DNA from: Candidatus Omnitrophota bacterium
Lineage (GTDB): Bacteria > Omnitrophota > Gorgyraeia > Gygaellales > Profunditerraquicolaceae
Assembly: GCA_041662125.1 (NCBI GenBank)
Contig: JBAZTA010000004.1
Location: forward strand, 64,343 to 128,342
Direction: 5' to 3'
Length of the DNA: 64,000 nucleotides
Notes under the pieces: model-generated
Told to the model about the DNA's origin: nothing
Seen by the model: the letters and a program-made list of their open reading frames with translations, nothing else
Database searches by the model: none
Translations under genes and position numbers: made by a program
Part shown: one piece after another, positions 31,884 to 40,703 of the stretch
Layout of the letters: each line of letters starts with the position of its first letter
How positions within the stretch are numbered: the stretch's first letter is position 1

Positions 31884-33218
31884 TTAGTGTTGAATGACCT
31901 TGATAATCCTGTTAACCTTGTCTAATAAGTCTTCATTCTTTTTTAATTCTGTTTTTATTTTTGAATAAGAATGCAAAACCGTCGTATGGTCTTTACCCCC
32001 AAAAAAAGTCCCGATCTCCGGCAGGGATAATTCGGTCATCTCCCTGCTTAAATACATGGCGACCTGCCGGGGCAAGACAATATTTTTATTACGTTTCTTT
32101 GTTTTTAAATCCTGCAGCGACATTCCGAATTCTTCTACAACACAGCGCTGGATGAAATCGATGGTTATGGTTTTTTTGGTCTCCTTTAAAAGGTCTTTTA
32201 ATACTTCTTTGACTAAATCGATCGTGATCGCCTTTTCTTCTAAAAGCGAATACGCGATGACCCTGATCAGCGCTCCCTCTAATTCCCTGATATTGGTTTT
32301 GATCAGTTGTGCTATAAAAAAGATTACTTCATCGGGCACTGCAATGGGTTCCCGTTCGATTTTCTTTTTCAAGATCGCCACGCGAGTTTCTAAGTCCGGC
32401 GGCTGGATATCCGTAGTCAGCCCCCAGCTGAACCTTGATACCAGGCGGTCCTGGAGGTTAGCGATTTCTTTGGGCGGCCGGTCGGAGGATATGATGATCT
32501 GTTTATGCGCGTCATATAGAGTGTTAAAGGTATGGAAGAATTCTTCCTGGGTTGATTCTTTCCCGGCAATAAAATGGATATCGTCAATCACCAGCACGTC
32601 GGCATGGCGGTAGCGCTGCCGGAAAGCCGAGGTAGCGTGGTGCTGGATAGCGTCAATGAGCTCGTTGGTGAAACGTTCAGATGCGATATAGCAGATCTTC
32701 ATATGAGAATTTTTACTTTTTATCTGGTGGCATATTGCCTGGATCAAATGCGTTTTTCCCAGCCCAACCCCTCCGTAAATAAAAAGCGGGTTATACGCTT
32801 TTGCCGGCGATTCGGCGACTGCCATTGAATAGGCGTGCGCGTGGCGGTTGGAATGCCCCACGACAAAATTGTCAAAGGTATAGCGGGGATTTAAGAATAG
32901 GCTGTCGGGAAGTTCTTGAATGGAAGTTTTTATTTTTTCAAGCGTCGGTTTTGCCGAGGAATCTTTTAATTTCAAATTTGTTTCGATAATAAAAGTGACC
33001 TCTTCTGTGGTGGCTTGTTGGATCGCCTCCTGGATAATAAGTTTATAATGTTTATCTATCCAGTCTCGAAAAAAATTATCCGGGGCTTCGAGGATGAGAG
33101 TGTTTCCCCTGCCCTCCTTCGGTTTTAAAGGATCGATCCAGGTCTCAAAAACAGTGTCCCCTAACTTGCTTTTTAAATATTCGGAAACTGTCTTCCAATC
33201 TTTGTGGATATCGAACAT
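31884..33218 (-). CDS. dnaA: Chromosomal replication initiator protein DnaA.
   Basis: Walker A GGVGLGKTHL, AAA+ box VLVIDDIHF, and a C-terminal DNA-binding domain (VAMYLSREMTELSLPEIG). 444 aa. Confidence 0.95.
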   Translation of the reverse strand: MFDIHKDWKTVSEYLKSKLGDTVFETWIDPLKPKEGRGNTLILEAPDNFFRDWIDKHYKLIIQEAIQQATTEEVTFIIETNLKLKDSSAKPTLEKIKTSIQELPDSLFLNPRYTFDNFVVGHSNRHAHAYSMAVAESPAKAYNPLFIYGGVGLGKTHLIQAICHQIKSKNSHMKICYIASERFTNELIDAIQHHATSAFRQRYRHADVLVIDDIHFIAGKESTQEEFFHTFNTLYDAHKQIIISSDRPPKEIANLQDRLVSRFSWGLTTDIQPPDLETRVAILKKKIEREPIAVPDEVIFFIAQLIKTNIRELEGALIRVIAYSLLEEKAITIDLVKEVLKDLLKETKKTITIDFIQRCVVEEFGMSLQDLKTKKRNKNIVLPRQVAMYLSREMTELSLPEIGTFFGGKDHTTVLHSYSKIKTELKKNEDLLDKVNRIIKVIQH

Positions 33219-33620
33219 GTTTTTGTCTCGCGGTTAGTTTTTGGCGTTGTTCTATACACAATTTATGCACACCTTGCATAAGTCTGTGTACATCGGCTAG
33301 TAACTCGGCCTGGTAATGGTGCTTACGATCCAATAAAAGGCGGGACATCAGAATAACTTTTGCGCAATCCCTCGACTTCGGAAATTCCGGGCTTTCATAG
33401 ACTGTTTTTTCAGTCACGTGCATACAGAATCCGCTCAAACCTTAAATCGTATTTTGTATTATACAATATTTTTTCCGGCAGTCAACAAAAATAAAATGGC
33501 CTGCGTCCTTTTGACAGGGAATTATCTTGACCTTCGAAATTTAATATGTTAGAATTGCACAAAAGAAAGATGCTTTCTTGTTTTTCATATCAGATTTTAT
33601 CTGGGATGAAACTATATGCA
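33219..33620. other. Candidate oriC. The dnaA-rpmH intergenic region carries DnaA-box-like 9-mers and an AT-rich stretch.
   Basis: TTATGCACA (33263-33271) matches TTATNCACA exactly. cTATACACA (33252-33260) matches 8/9. TTATACAAT (33459-33467) matches 8/9. AT-rich tattttgtattatacaatatttttt (33450-33475). Confidence 0.5.
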
Positions 33621-33649
33621 TTGACTTGTGTTATATTTGTGCTATAATT
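33621..33649 (+). promoter_or_regulatory. Sigma70 promoter for rpmH.
   Basis: TTGACT (33621-33626), 17-nt spacer, TATAAT (33644-33649). The RBS aaggagag lies 8 nt before the ATG. Confidence 0.6.
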
Positions 33650-33714
33650 TTTGATTCATAAAAATTCAACCAGGAATAATAAATGTTTTATTAAAGTAAA
33701 GGAGAGTTTTAGAG

Positions 33715-33852
33715 ATGAAGAAACATCTTAAGACACCGTCTATAATTAAAGGGAAACGCTGTCACGGGTTCCGTCAAAAAATGTCTACCAAGGCAGGCAG
33801 GGATGTGCTTTCGAGCCGCCGAAGAAAAGGGAGAAAAAGACTCGCGGTATAA
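33715..33852 (+). CDS. rpmH: 50S ribosomal protein L34 (45 aa). It is below the 60-aa cutoff of the ORF track.
   Basis: Translation [45 protein letters not shown] matches L34 (HGFR...GR.VL..RR.KGRK.L). Confidence 0.85.
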   Translation: MKKHLKTPSIIKGKRCHGFRQKMSTKAGRDVLSSRRRKGRKRLAV

Positions 33853-34068
33853 ATGGCGCAAAAAATCATTATTTATCTGCTGAGCTTTTATCAAAAACAT
33901 GTCAGTGGCGCGCTTCCGCCTTCCTGCAGGTTTATGCCTACATGTTCAGAATATACCAAGCAGGCCATTATAAAATACGGTTTTTTAAGGGGAAGCATAT
34001 TGGGCGCAAAACGCTTATTTCGTTGCCATCCTTTGAGCAAAAAATCAGGTTATGATCCTTTAATATAA
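33853..34068 (+). CDS. yidD: Membrane protein insertion efficiency factor YidD.
   Basis: LLSFYQKHVSGALPPSCRFMPTCSEYTKQAI...RCHPLSKKSGYDPL is the conserved YidD signature. Its ATG abuts the rpmH stop (TAAATG). Confidence 0.85.
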   Translation: MAQKIIIYLLSFYQKHVSGALPPSCRFMPTCSEYTKQAIIKYGFLRGSILGAKRLFRCHPLSKKSGYDPLI

Positions 34069-34090
34069 AAACTTTTTACGGAGAAACTTT

Positions 34091-35617
34091 ATGGAAAAAC
34101 GTTTATTATTGGCCATTGGGCTATCTTTATTAGTATTAACATTATGGTCAAACTTAATGTTAAAATCATCACCGACTACTGTTACTGCGCCTACAGTGAG
34201 CGCTATTTCTACATTTAAGCAAGCAGATGCTCCTCAAGCGATTCAGATTGGACAAAAACAAGATGCTAATATCCCAATAGCCCAGGATTATTTAACTTTT
34301 GAAAGAGATTTTGGTTCTGTAGTGTTTATTGAAACACAGGCCGCCATTAAAGAAGTCACATTTAATCAGTATCAAAAGTTTCAATACCCTCTTAAATATG
34401 GATTATTATTAAATGACGGCGAATATAACTATAAAAAGCAATCTTCATCAGAAAATGAGATTGTTTTTGTCCAATCTGACGAAAATAAAAAGATTATAAA
34501 ACGATTTATTTTCTCTAAAGTTGGTTATAGTGTCGATTTAGAGATTGAGATTCAAAATTTGTCGAATAAACCTTTAAAAATGAATCTGCCCTTGGTGTTG
34601 GGTGTTTTTGATTTTAATAATAAAGAGGAGTCTCGTTTCCAAGATGTAAGTATTGAAACGACGGAAAGGACTTTGCGTCCAGGTTTGCGCAAAGATGCCG
34701 AATTTAATGATATAAGGTTTTTAGGGATGCGTGATCGCTATTTTTGCACAATTGTTGAGCCGCTTGATAAGGGATTCTCTGGTTTTGTTAAAAAAATTAA
34801 CGCAAATGAGTCAGAGGTTGGATTATTGCCGCAGGAAACCATTATTGCTCCAGCGCAAAAACTCGTAAAAGGTTTTCGTGTTTATATTGGGCCTCAAGAT
34901 TCCGGCATTATAGGAAAAATTAAGCCGGAATGGACCGTTGTTATGTATTATGGGACATTTGATATCATAGCTAAGGTGTTGTTGCAGGTATTAGAAGTGC
35001 TCTTTAAGATTTTTCATAATTGGGGAGTAGCAATAATCGTTTTGAGCTTGTTAGTTTATGTAGTTCTTTTTCCTTTATCAATGAAGCAGATGCGTTCAAT
35101 GAAACAAATGCAAGCATTGCAACCTTTGATAGAATCTTTGAGAGAAACTTGCAAAGATAACCCCCAAAAATTAAATAAAGAAACGTTGGAATTGTACAAA
35201 AAACACAAGGTTAATCCTTTTAGCGGATGTTTGCCAATGATTTTACAACTACCAATATTCTTTTCTTTATATCAAGCTATTATGAGATTAATATCACTTA
35301 AGGGAGCACACTTTTTATGGATTAAAGATTTATCACAACCGGATAGATTATTTTTGTTGCCGACCAGCTTGCCGGTTATTAGTAATGAATTCAATGTTTT
35401 GCCTATTTTAATGGCAATCGGTATGTTTGTGCAGCAGAAGGCTTCTGCGACAAGCACGAGTTCCGCATCTGCTGAGCAACAAAAAATAATGATGATCGTA
35501 TTTCCTATTATGTTTGGTTTCATTTTTTATCGTATGCCATCGGGATTAGTTTTATATTGGTTTGTTAATAGCGCTTTGATGTTGGCATATCAATTAAAAC
35601 TTTCAAAAAATAAATGA
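34091..35617 (+). CDS. yidC: Membrane protein insertase YidC.
   Basis: 508 aa. Large periplasmic domain, then the conserved C-terminal TM core (GCLPMILQLPIFFSLYQAI...LYWFVN). Confidence 0.9.
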   Translation: MEKRLLLAIGLSLLVLTLWSNLMLKSSPTTVTAPTVSAISTFKQADAPQAIQIGQKQDANIPIAQDYLTFERDFGSVVFIETQAAIKEVTFNQYQKFQYPLKYGLLLNDGEYNYKKQSSSENEIVFVQSDENKKIIKRFIFSKVGYSVDLEIEIQNLSNKPLKMNLPLVLGVFDFNNKEESRFQDVSIETTERTLRPGLRKDAEFNDIRFLGMRDRYFCTIVEPLDKGFSGFVKKINANESEVGLLPQETIIAPAQKLVKGFRVYIGPQDSGIIGKIKPEWTVVMYYGTFDIIAKVLLQVLEVLFKIFHNWGVAIIVLSLLVYVVLFPLSMKQMRSMKQMQALQPLIESLRETCKDNPQKLNKETLELYKKHKVNPFSGCLPMILQLPIFFSLYQAIMRLISLKGAHFLWIKDLSQPDRLFLLPTSLPVISNEFNVLPILMAIGMFVQQKASATSTSSASAEQQKIMMIVFPIMFGFIFYRMPSGLVLYWFVNSALMLAYQLKLSKNK

Positions 35618-35811
35618 ATAAGCGAAAAAGTCTTGAAATAGAAGAGAAAACCGTTGAGAGCGCAATTAAAAAAGCTCTTGAGGAATTGAAATTAGATAGA
35701 AGCCAGGTTAAGATTGAGATACTTTGTGAGGAAAAGAAGGGGTTGTTTGGAATGGCTGGCGCAAAGTTAGCAAAAATAAGAGTTACAGTGCTTCATCAAA
35801 AGAAAATCTGA
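35614..35811 (+). CDS. Jag/KhpB N-terminal (Jag_N) domain-only protein.
   Basis: 65 aa, directly after yidC. Motif VESAIKKALEELKLDRSQVKIEIL is Jag_N-like. No KH or R3H domains follow. Confidence 0.5.
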   Translation: MNKRKSLEIEEKTVESAIKKALEELKLDRSQVKIEILCEEKKGLFGMAGAKLAKIRVTVLHQKKI

Positions 35812-35863
35812 GGGGAAAATAAAATTGTTCCGCGTGGAACAATTTGTAACCTTATGAGCCACA

Positions 35864-36715
35864 ATGGGTAAGATTATAGCGATTTGTAATCAAAAAGGGG
35901 GAACAGGTAAAACTACATCAGCTGTTAATATTGCTGTGTATGTTGCATTGAATAACAAGCGAGTTTTGTTAATTGATCTTGACCCCCAAGCAAATGCCAC
36001 GAGTGGTGTTGGTATTAATAGGCATAATATTAAGCAAAGTACATATCATGTTTTACTTGAAGAATTAGGTATCAATGAAGTGTTGCAGAAAACAGCGATT
36101 GAGAATTTGTTTTTAGCTCCTTCGAATTTAGATTTAACAGGCGCAGAGATTGAGTTGGTTGGAACATTGGGAAGGGAATATAGGCTTAAAAGAGCCTTAA
36201 TCAAGATCAAAGATGAATTTGATTATATTTTTATTGATTCTCCTCCGACTCTAGGGTTACTCACTATCAATGGATTATGCGCTGCTGATTCCTTGTTAAT
36301 CCCGGTGCAATGTGAATTTTACGCGTTAGAAGGGTTAACTCAACTTATGAACACAATAGAGCTGGTGAGAAATAATTTAAATCCTAATTTATCCATCGAG
36401 GGAGTTTTTCTTACTATGGCTGATTTTCGTACCAATCTGAGCAAGGAAGTGATCCAAGAAGTAAGAAATTATTTTAAGGAGAAAGTGTATCAAACGGTGA
36501 TCCCCCGCAGTATCCGTTTGGGTGAAGCCCCAAGTTTTGGTAAGCCCATAGCATTATATGATAAAGATTGTATTGCCGCAGTGAAGTACGAAGAATTAAG
36601 TAAGGAAATTATGGGAATATTGGTAAAATCTGACAGATTGGACATTTCTGAAGCTAAAAATGTTGATAAAACTCAAGAAGGGACTGGGGAGTTAGATGGA
36701 AAACACAACGGATAG
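35864..36715 (+). CDS. parA: Chromosome partitioning ATPase ParA/Soj.
   Basis: Deviant Walker A KGGTGKTT. 283 aa. Confidence 0.93.
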   Translation: MGKIIAICNQKGGTGKTTSAVNIAVYVALNNKRVLLIDLDPQANATSGVGINRHNIKQSTYHVLLEELGINEVLQKTAIENLFLAPSNLDLTGAEIELVGTLGREYRLKRALIKIKDEFDYIFIDSPPTLGLLTINGLCAADSLLIPVQCEFYALEGLTQLMNTIELVRNNLNPNLSIEGVFLTMADFRTNLSKEVIQEVRNYFKEKVYQTVIPRSIRLGEAPSFGKPIALYDKDCIAAVKYEELSKEIMGILVKSDRLDISEAKNVDKTQEGTGELDGKHNG

Positions 36716-37559
36716 AAAAGCGTTAGGTAAAGGTATTAATGCGTTAATTCCACAAAAAGAATCCATTCATGAAGAAAAAATAATCTTTTTGGCTATTGAC
36801 CAGATCAAGCCCAATCCTTACCAGCCGCGCGAAGATTTTGAGCCGCAGAGTTTGGAGGAATTAACCCAATCCATAAAAGAAAAAGGAGTTATCCAGCCGA
36901 TCCTGGTAAGGCAGCGCGGGGAGCAGTATGAGCTTATCGCGGGTGAACGCAGGTTTCGCGCAGCCAGCGCATTAAACTTAAAAGAGATCCCGGTTATCGT
37001 TAAGAATGTTGACGACAGGGATTCATTAGAATTGTCTCTGATTGAAAATATTCAGCGGCAAAACCTTAATCCCGTCGAAGAAGCGCGCGCCTACCATTAC
37101 CTTATTGAAAAATATCAATTGACTCAGGATGAGGTTAGCGATGTGTTAGGAAAATCAAGGGCTACCGTGGCAAATATTCTGCGGTTACTGAAATTACCTA
37201 TAGAAATTCAGGATGAAATTAAAAAGGGGAGAATTTCTTTTGCCCACGGCAGAGCACTGCTTGAAGTCGCTGATGTTAATAGACAGCGGCGCCTGGTTCA
37301 GGACATTATTGCTAAGTCTTTATCTGTTAGAGAGTTAGAGTCAATGATTAAAACGAACAGGCCGCGAAAAGCTAAAATTCTGCCAACAGCGCAAGCAAGT
37401 GAGCCATATGTAGTAGCATTAGAAGAGCGTCTGCAGCAGTTTTTGGCAACAAAAATAAGGATCACCAGGAAAAAGAAGCGGGGGCATATTCTGATTGAAT
37501 TTTATTCTCAAGAAGACTTGGAGAGGATCATCCACACAATACAAGGAGCGGGAAAATAA
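36696..37559 (+). CDS. parB: Chromosome partitioning protein ParB/Spo0J.
   Basis: ParB box IQPILVRQRGEQYELIAGERRFRAA, plus an HTH region. 287 aa. Confidence 0.93.
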   Translation: MENTTDRKALGKGINALIPQKESIHEEKIIFLAIDQIKPNPYQPREDFEPQSLEELTQSIKEKGVIQPILVRQRGEQYELIAGERRFRAASALNLKEIPVIVKNVDDRDSLELSLIENIQRQNLNPVEEARAYHYLIEKYQLTQDEVSDVLGKSRATVANILRLLKLPIEIQDEIKKGRISFAHGRALLEVADVNRQRRLVQDIIAKSLSVRELESMIKTNRPRKAKILPTAQASEPYVVALEERLQQFLATKIRITRKKKRGHILIEFYSQEDLERIIHTIQGAGK

Positions 37560-38062
37560 TGAATCAGGCAGTTTTAATTCTCATTAAGCCGGATGGATTA
37601 AAGAAATCTTTGACCGGCAACATCTTGACGAGGCTCTCGGAAACAAAATTAGAAATTGTTGCCGCAAAGATGGTCAGGGTTTCTAAAGAGTTGGGAGAAG
37701 AGCATTATCAGCACCTTAAAGATAAGCCGTTTTTTGGAGAGCTGATACGCTATATCCAGGGTGAATTGCATAACCGCCATAAAGTCATGGCGCTTATTTA
37801 TTGGGGGAAAGACGCTATTTCCAAATGCAGGGAATTAGCCGGCGCCACGAATCCCGAAGAAGCGGAATCTACGTCAATCAGGGGCTCGTATGGCAGGATA
37901 ACGACGGAAGGTGTGTATGAGAACGTGATCCATGCTTCTGCTAATCCCGAAGACGCTGAGCGGGAGATCAAGCTGTGGTTTGAGCCGTCGGAAGTCATCG
38001 TTGAGCTGTATCCGAAAAAGGAGATAGTTGTTAAAGAGTTAAAACGCATCGTCTGGGCATAA
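37559..38062 (+). CDS. ndk: Nucleoside-diphosphate kinase.
   Basis: LILIKPDGL..., active-site region NVIHASANPEDAEREIKLWF. 167 aa. Confidence 0.88.
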   Translation: MNQAVLILIKPDGLKKSLTGNILTRLSETKLEIVAAKMVRVSKELGEEHYQHLKDKPFFGELIRYIQGELHNRHKVMALIYWGKDAISKCRELAGATNPEEAESTSIRGSYGRITTEGVYENVIHASANPEDAEREIKLWFEPSEVIVELYPKKEIVVKELKRIVWA

Positions 38063-38083
38063 GCGGTGTAAACAAGGGATACT

Positions 38084-38926
38084 ATGAAGAAAACAAAAGT
38101 AATTCAAAGCATGACCGGTTTTGGCAGCCAAGAGGCACAGATCCCGTTGTTTGGGGCAATAAGTTTTGAGTTGCGCAGCATTAACCATAAAGGGATGGAG
38201 GTGGTCATCCATCTTCCCGACGGATACGCGTCGCTTGAAGCAAAGATAAAAAAAGAAATTGAAGCCAAGATCAGGCGGGGGCGCATCACCTGTTCCATGT
38301 CTATCGTCGGCGGAAAAGCCAGCCGAGTTTTTTTCAATAAGGATCTCCTGAAGGAGTATCTGGGCGCCTGCAAAGATATTCGCAGCCGTTTTAAGGTTAA
38401 AGGCGAAGCAAGCCTTGATACGCTCTTGCATTTACCCGGGGTAGTGTCTCTGGTGGAAAATAAGGTCTACGCGCAACAGATATGGCCGCGGTTAAAAAAA
38501 ATAGCGGTTGCGGCGATTGATGACCTGGTGGCAACCCGCAAAAAAGAAGGGGAAGCCCTCTATAACCATGTTATCTCTGTTGCCAAGTCTCTCGATGAAA
38601 CGCTTAATGTGATTAAAAGCCGTTTTAAGAAATCGGTAGGCGAAAGGTTGTCAAAAATCAAGACTGATGATGAACGTGTCGGATTCTTGAAAGATTCCGA
38701 TATAACCGAAGAGGTCGAGCGGCTTTCGTTTCATATTAATAATTTTCAGGATATCTTGCAGAAGAACGGCCCGATAGGGAAAGAATTGGATTTTATCGCG
38801 CAAGAGATGCAGCGTGAAGCAAATACCATGGCGGCAAAGTCGTGTGATGTGGGTATTTCAGCAAAAGTGATCTATGTTAAAAGCCAGATTGAGAAAATAA
38901 GGGAACAGTTGCAGAATATCGAGTGA
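38084..38926 (+). CDS. yicC: YicC/YloC family endoribonuclease.
   Basis: N-terminal MTGFG motif (VIQSMTGFGSQEA). 280 aa, with the conserved C-terminal DUF1732 region. Confidence 0.85.
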   Translation: MKKTKVIQSMTGFGSQEAQIPLFGAISFELRSINHKGMEVVIHLPDGYASLEAKIKKEIEAKIRRGRITCSMSIVGGKASRVFFNKDLLKEYLGACKDIRSRFKVKGEASLDTLLHLPGVVSLVENKVYAQQIWPRLKKIAVAAIDDLVATRKKEGEALYNHVISVAKSLDETLNVIKSRFKKSVGERLSKIKTDDERVGFLKDSDITEEVERLSFHINNFQDILQKNGPIGKELDFIAQEMQREANTMAAKSCDVGISAKVIYVKSQIEKIREQLQNIE

Positions 38927-38972
38927 GGTTGTTACGCGCACACGAATAAAAACGAAGAAAAATCTAAAGTGC

Positions 38973-39563
38973 CTGCGCGCGCAGGAAGGCAGGATATTTG
39001 TTATTTCCGGGCCCTCGGGGTCGGGGAAAACGACCCTGGTCAAAGCGCTGTTAGCGGACCGGGGTTTGCGCCGGAAGTTGGTGCGGTCAATTTCATTTAC
39101 GACGCGGCCGCAGCGTTCGTGTGAAAAAAATAGGCGCGACTATTTTTTTATCACCGAAAATGAATTTATACGCAGGCGCTCGGAAAAGAAAATCCTTGAA
39201 TGGACGCGATATTTAGGGTATTATTACGGGACGCCTCGGGATACGACTGAGCGTTATTTGAAACAAGGCCGTAGTATCGTTTTGTGCCTGGATTTTAAAG
39301 GGGCGCGCAGGCTGAAGAAGCTTTATCCGGCTGCCGCAGTTACGGTGTTTGTCCGTCCTTCTTCGGTGGAAGATTTATCGCAGAGAATAGAAGGCAGAAG
39401 CCGTAATACCGATAAAGCGGAGATCAAAAAGCGGCTTAAGCTTGCCGAGAAGGAGATGCTGCGGGCGGGCCAGTACGATTATTGTGTAGTTAATAAGAAG
39501 TTTGATGTAGCGGTGCAAGAGCTCAAAAGAGTGATCCTGAAAGAAATAAAAAGAACTGTGTAA
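38973..39563 (+). CDS. gmk: Guanylate kinase. The start is uncertain because there is no canonical start codon upstream of the P-loop.
   Basis: The in-frame translation upstream of the listed TTG start (39066) reads ...RAQEGRIFVISGPSGSGKTTLVKALL. This is the Gmk P-loop region and must belong to the protein. Confidence 0.75.
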   Translation: MRAQEGRIFVISGPSGSGKTTLVKALLADRGLRRKLVRSISFTTRPQRSCEKNRRDYFFITENEFIRRRSEKKILEWTRYLGYYYGTPRDTTERYLKQGRSIVLCLDFKGARRLKKLYPAAAVTVFVRPSSVEDLSQRIEGRSRNTDKAEIKKRLKLAEKEMLRAGQYDYCVVNKKFDVAVQELKRVILKEIKRTV

Positions 39564-39567
39564 TGAG

Positions 39568-39783
39568 GTGTCTATGGCGTATATTGATTTGGAAAGGCTT
39601 TTAGAAAAAAGCGGCGGGTCGATTTATAAGTTAGTAGTCCTGGCATCCCGAAGAGCCCTCGAGGTTTCCGAGGGGAAACCTAAGCTTGTTGAAGTGATCA
39701 GTTCCATGAAGCCTTCATGTGTTGCCCTGCAGGAAATTGCCGAAGGCAAAGTGTGGTATAAAAAAGCTGCCGCGGCAAAATAA
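39568..39783 (+). CDS. rpoZ: DNA-directed RNA polymerase subunit omega.
   Basis: 71 aa, YKLVVLASRRALEV motif. It follows gmk as in the conserved gmk-rpoZ pair. Confidence 0.85.
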   Translation: MSMAYIDLERLLEKSGGSIYKLVVLASRRALEVSEGKPKLVEVISSMKPSCVALQEIAEGKVWYKKAAAAK

Positions 39784-39833
39784 GCAATTTTTCTAACGCT
39801 CACCCGGAATAGGATGTTTGATGAGCAAGGGTA

Positions 39834-40373
39834 ATGATGGGAAATAAGCATGTTATTGTAGGAGTGACCGCAGGAATCGCTATTTATAAGGCCTGTGAGG
39901 TCGTCCGCCAGCTTAAGAATCTCAAGCTATCAGTAACGGTAGTCATGACCAAAGAGTCGGAAGAATTTATTAAGCCGGCTCTTTTTCGCACCCTTTCAGG
40001 TAACAAGGTATACCAGGGGTTATTTGATGATCCCCAAACCTGGGAGATCGAACATGTCTCTTTAGCTGAGCAAGCCGCGGGAGTCGTGATTGTGCCGGCG
40101 ACAGCAAATATTATTGGGAAGCTCGCCAGCGGTATTTGTGACGATCTTTTAACATGCGTAGTCTCTGCGACAAAAGCGCCCGTGTTGATTTGTCCGGCAA
40201 TGAATGAAAACATGTATACGAACAGGATCGTTCAGGATAATATAAAAAAATTAAAATCGGTTGGATATAGATTTGTTGAACCAAGAATCGGCAGGCTTGC
40301 CTGCGGTAAGACGGGTATTGGCTGTTTAGCAGAAGTTGAAACGATAGTAAAATCGTTACAAAAGCTGATTTAG
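39834..40373 (+). CDS. coaC: Phosphopantothenoylcysteine decarboxylase (flavoprotein, CoaC domain only).
   Basis: HVIVGVTAGIAIYKACEVVRQLK, a flavoprotein fold, and PAMNENMY. 179 aa, with no CoaB ligase domain attached. Confidence 0.8.
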   Translation: MMGNKHVIVGVTAGIAIYKACEVVRQLKNLKLSVTVVMTKESEEFIKPALFRTLSGNKVYQGLFDDPQTWEIEHVSLAEQAAGVVIVPATANIIGKLASGICDDLLTCVVSATKAPVLICPAMNENMYTNRIVQDNIKKLKSVGYRFVEPRIGRLACGKTGIGCLAEVETIVKSLQKLI

Positions 40374-40377
40374 GTTT

Positions 40378-40452
40378 GGCGACGTAGCCAAGTGGCAAGG
40401 CAGCTGTCTGCAAAACAGCTATTCAGCGGTTCGAATCCGCTCGTCGCCTCCA
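40378..40452 (+). tRNA. tRNA-Cys (anticodon GCA).
   Basis: GGCGACGTAGCCAAGTGGCAAGGCAGCTGTCTGCAAAACAGCTATTCAGCGGTTCGAATCCGCTCGTCGCCTCCA. Anticodon loop CUGCAAA, discriminator U, encoded CCA. Confidence 0.85.
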
Positions 40453-40517
40453 TATAAATTTTCCGATGCCGTAGCGAGCGGAGTGTAAAGTAATTATTAG
40501 AGAAGAATAGATCATCC

Positions 40518-40600
40518 GGGCAAGTGGTGGAATGGCATACACGATAGACTTAAAATCTATTGGCTGAAAGGCTGTGAGGGTCCGACTCCCTCCTTGCCCA
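40518..40600 (+). tRNA. Probable class II tRNA-Leu (anticodon TAA), with an atypical T-loop and variable arm.
   Basis: Acceptor GGGCAAG/CUUGCCC. Anticodon stem-loop AUAGA-CUUAAAA-UCUAU. Long variable region. T-arm GAGGG-UCCGACU-CCCUC, with UCC in place of the usual UUC. Confidence 0.55.
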
Positions 40601-40703
40601 TAAAATTTTATGTATTCGTCGGAGCGCCGCTTGAAGAAAAGATTTGGGCTCATGGTTCGACGGTGCTCACCATTCGCCCTGCGATATGTAAAGTAAGAGA
40701 TTT

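Noticed and set aside
40423-40653. 76-aa minus-strand ORF.
   Set aside because: It lies across tRNA-Cys and tRNA-Leu on the opposite strand, so it is spurious.
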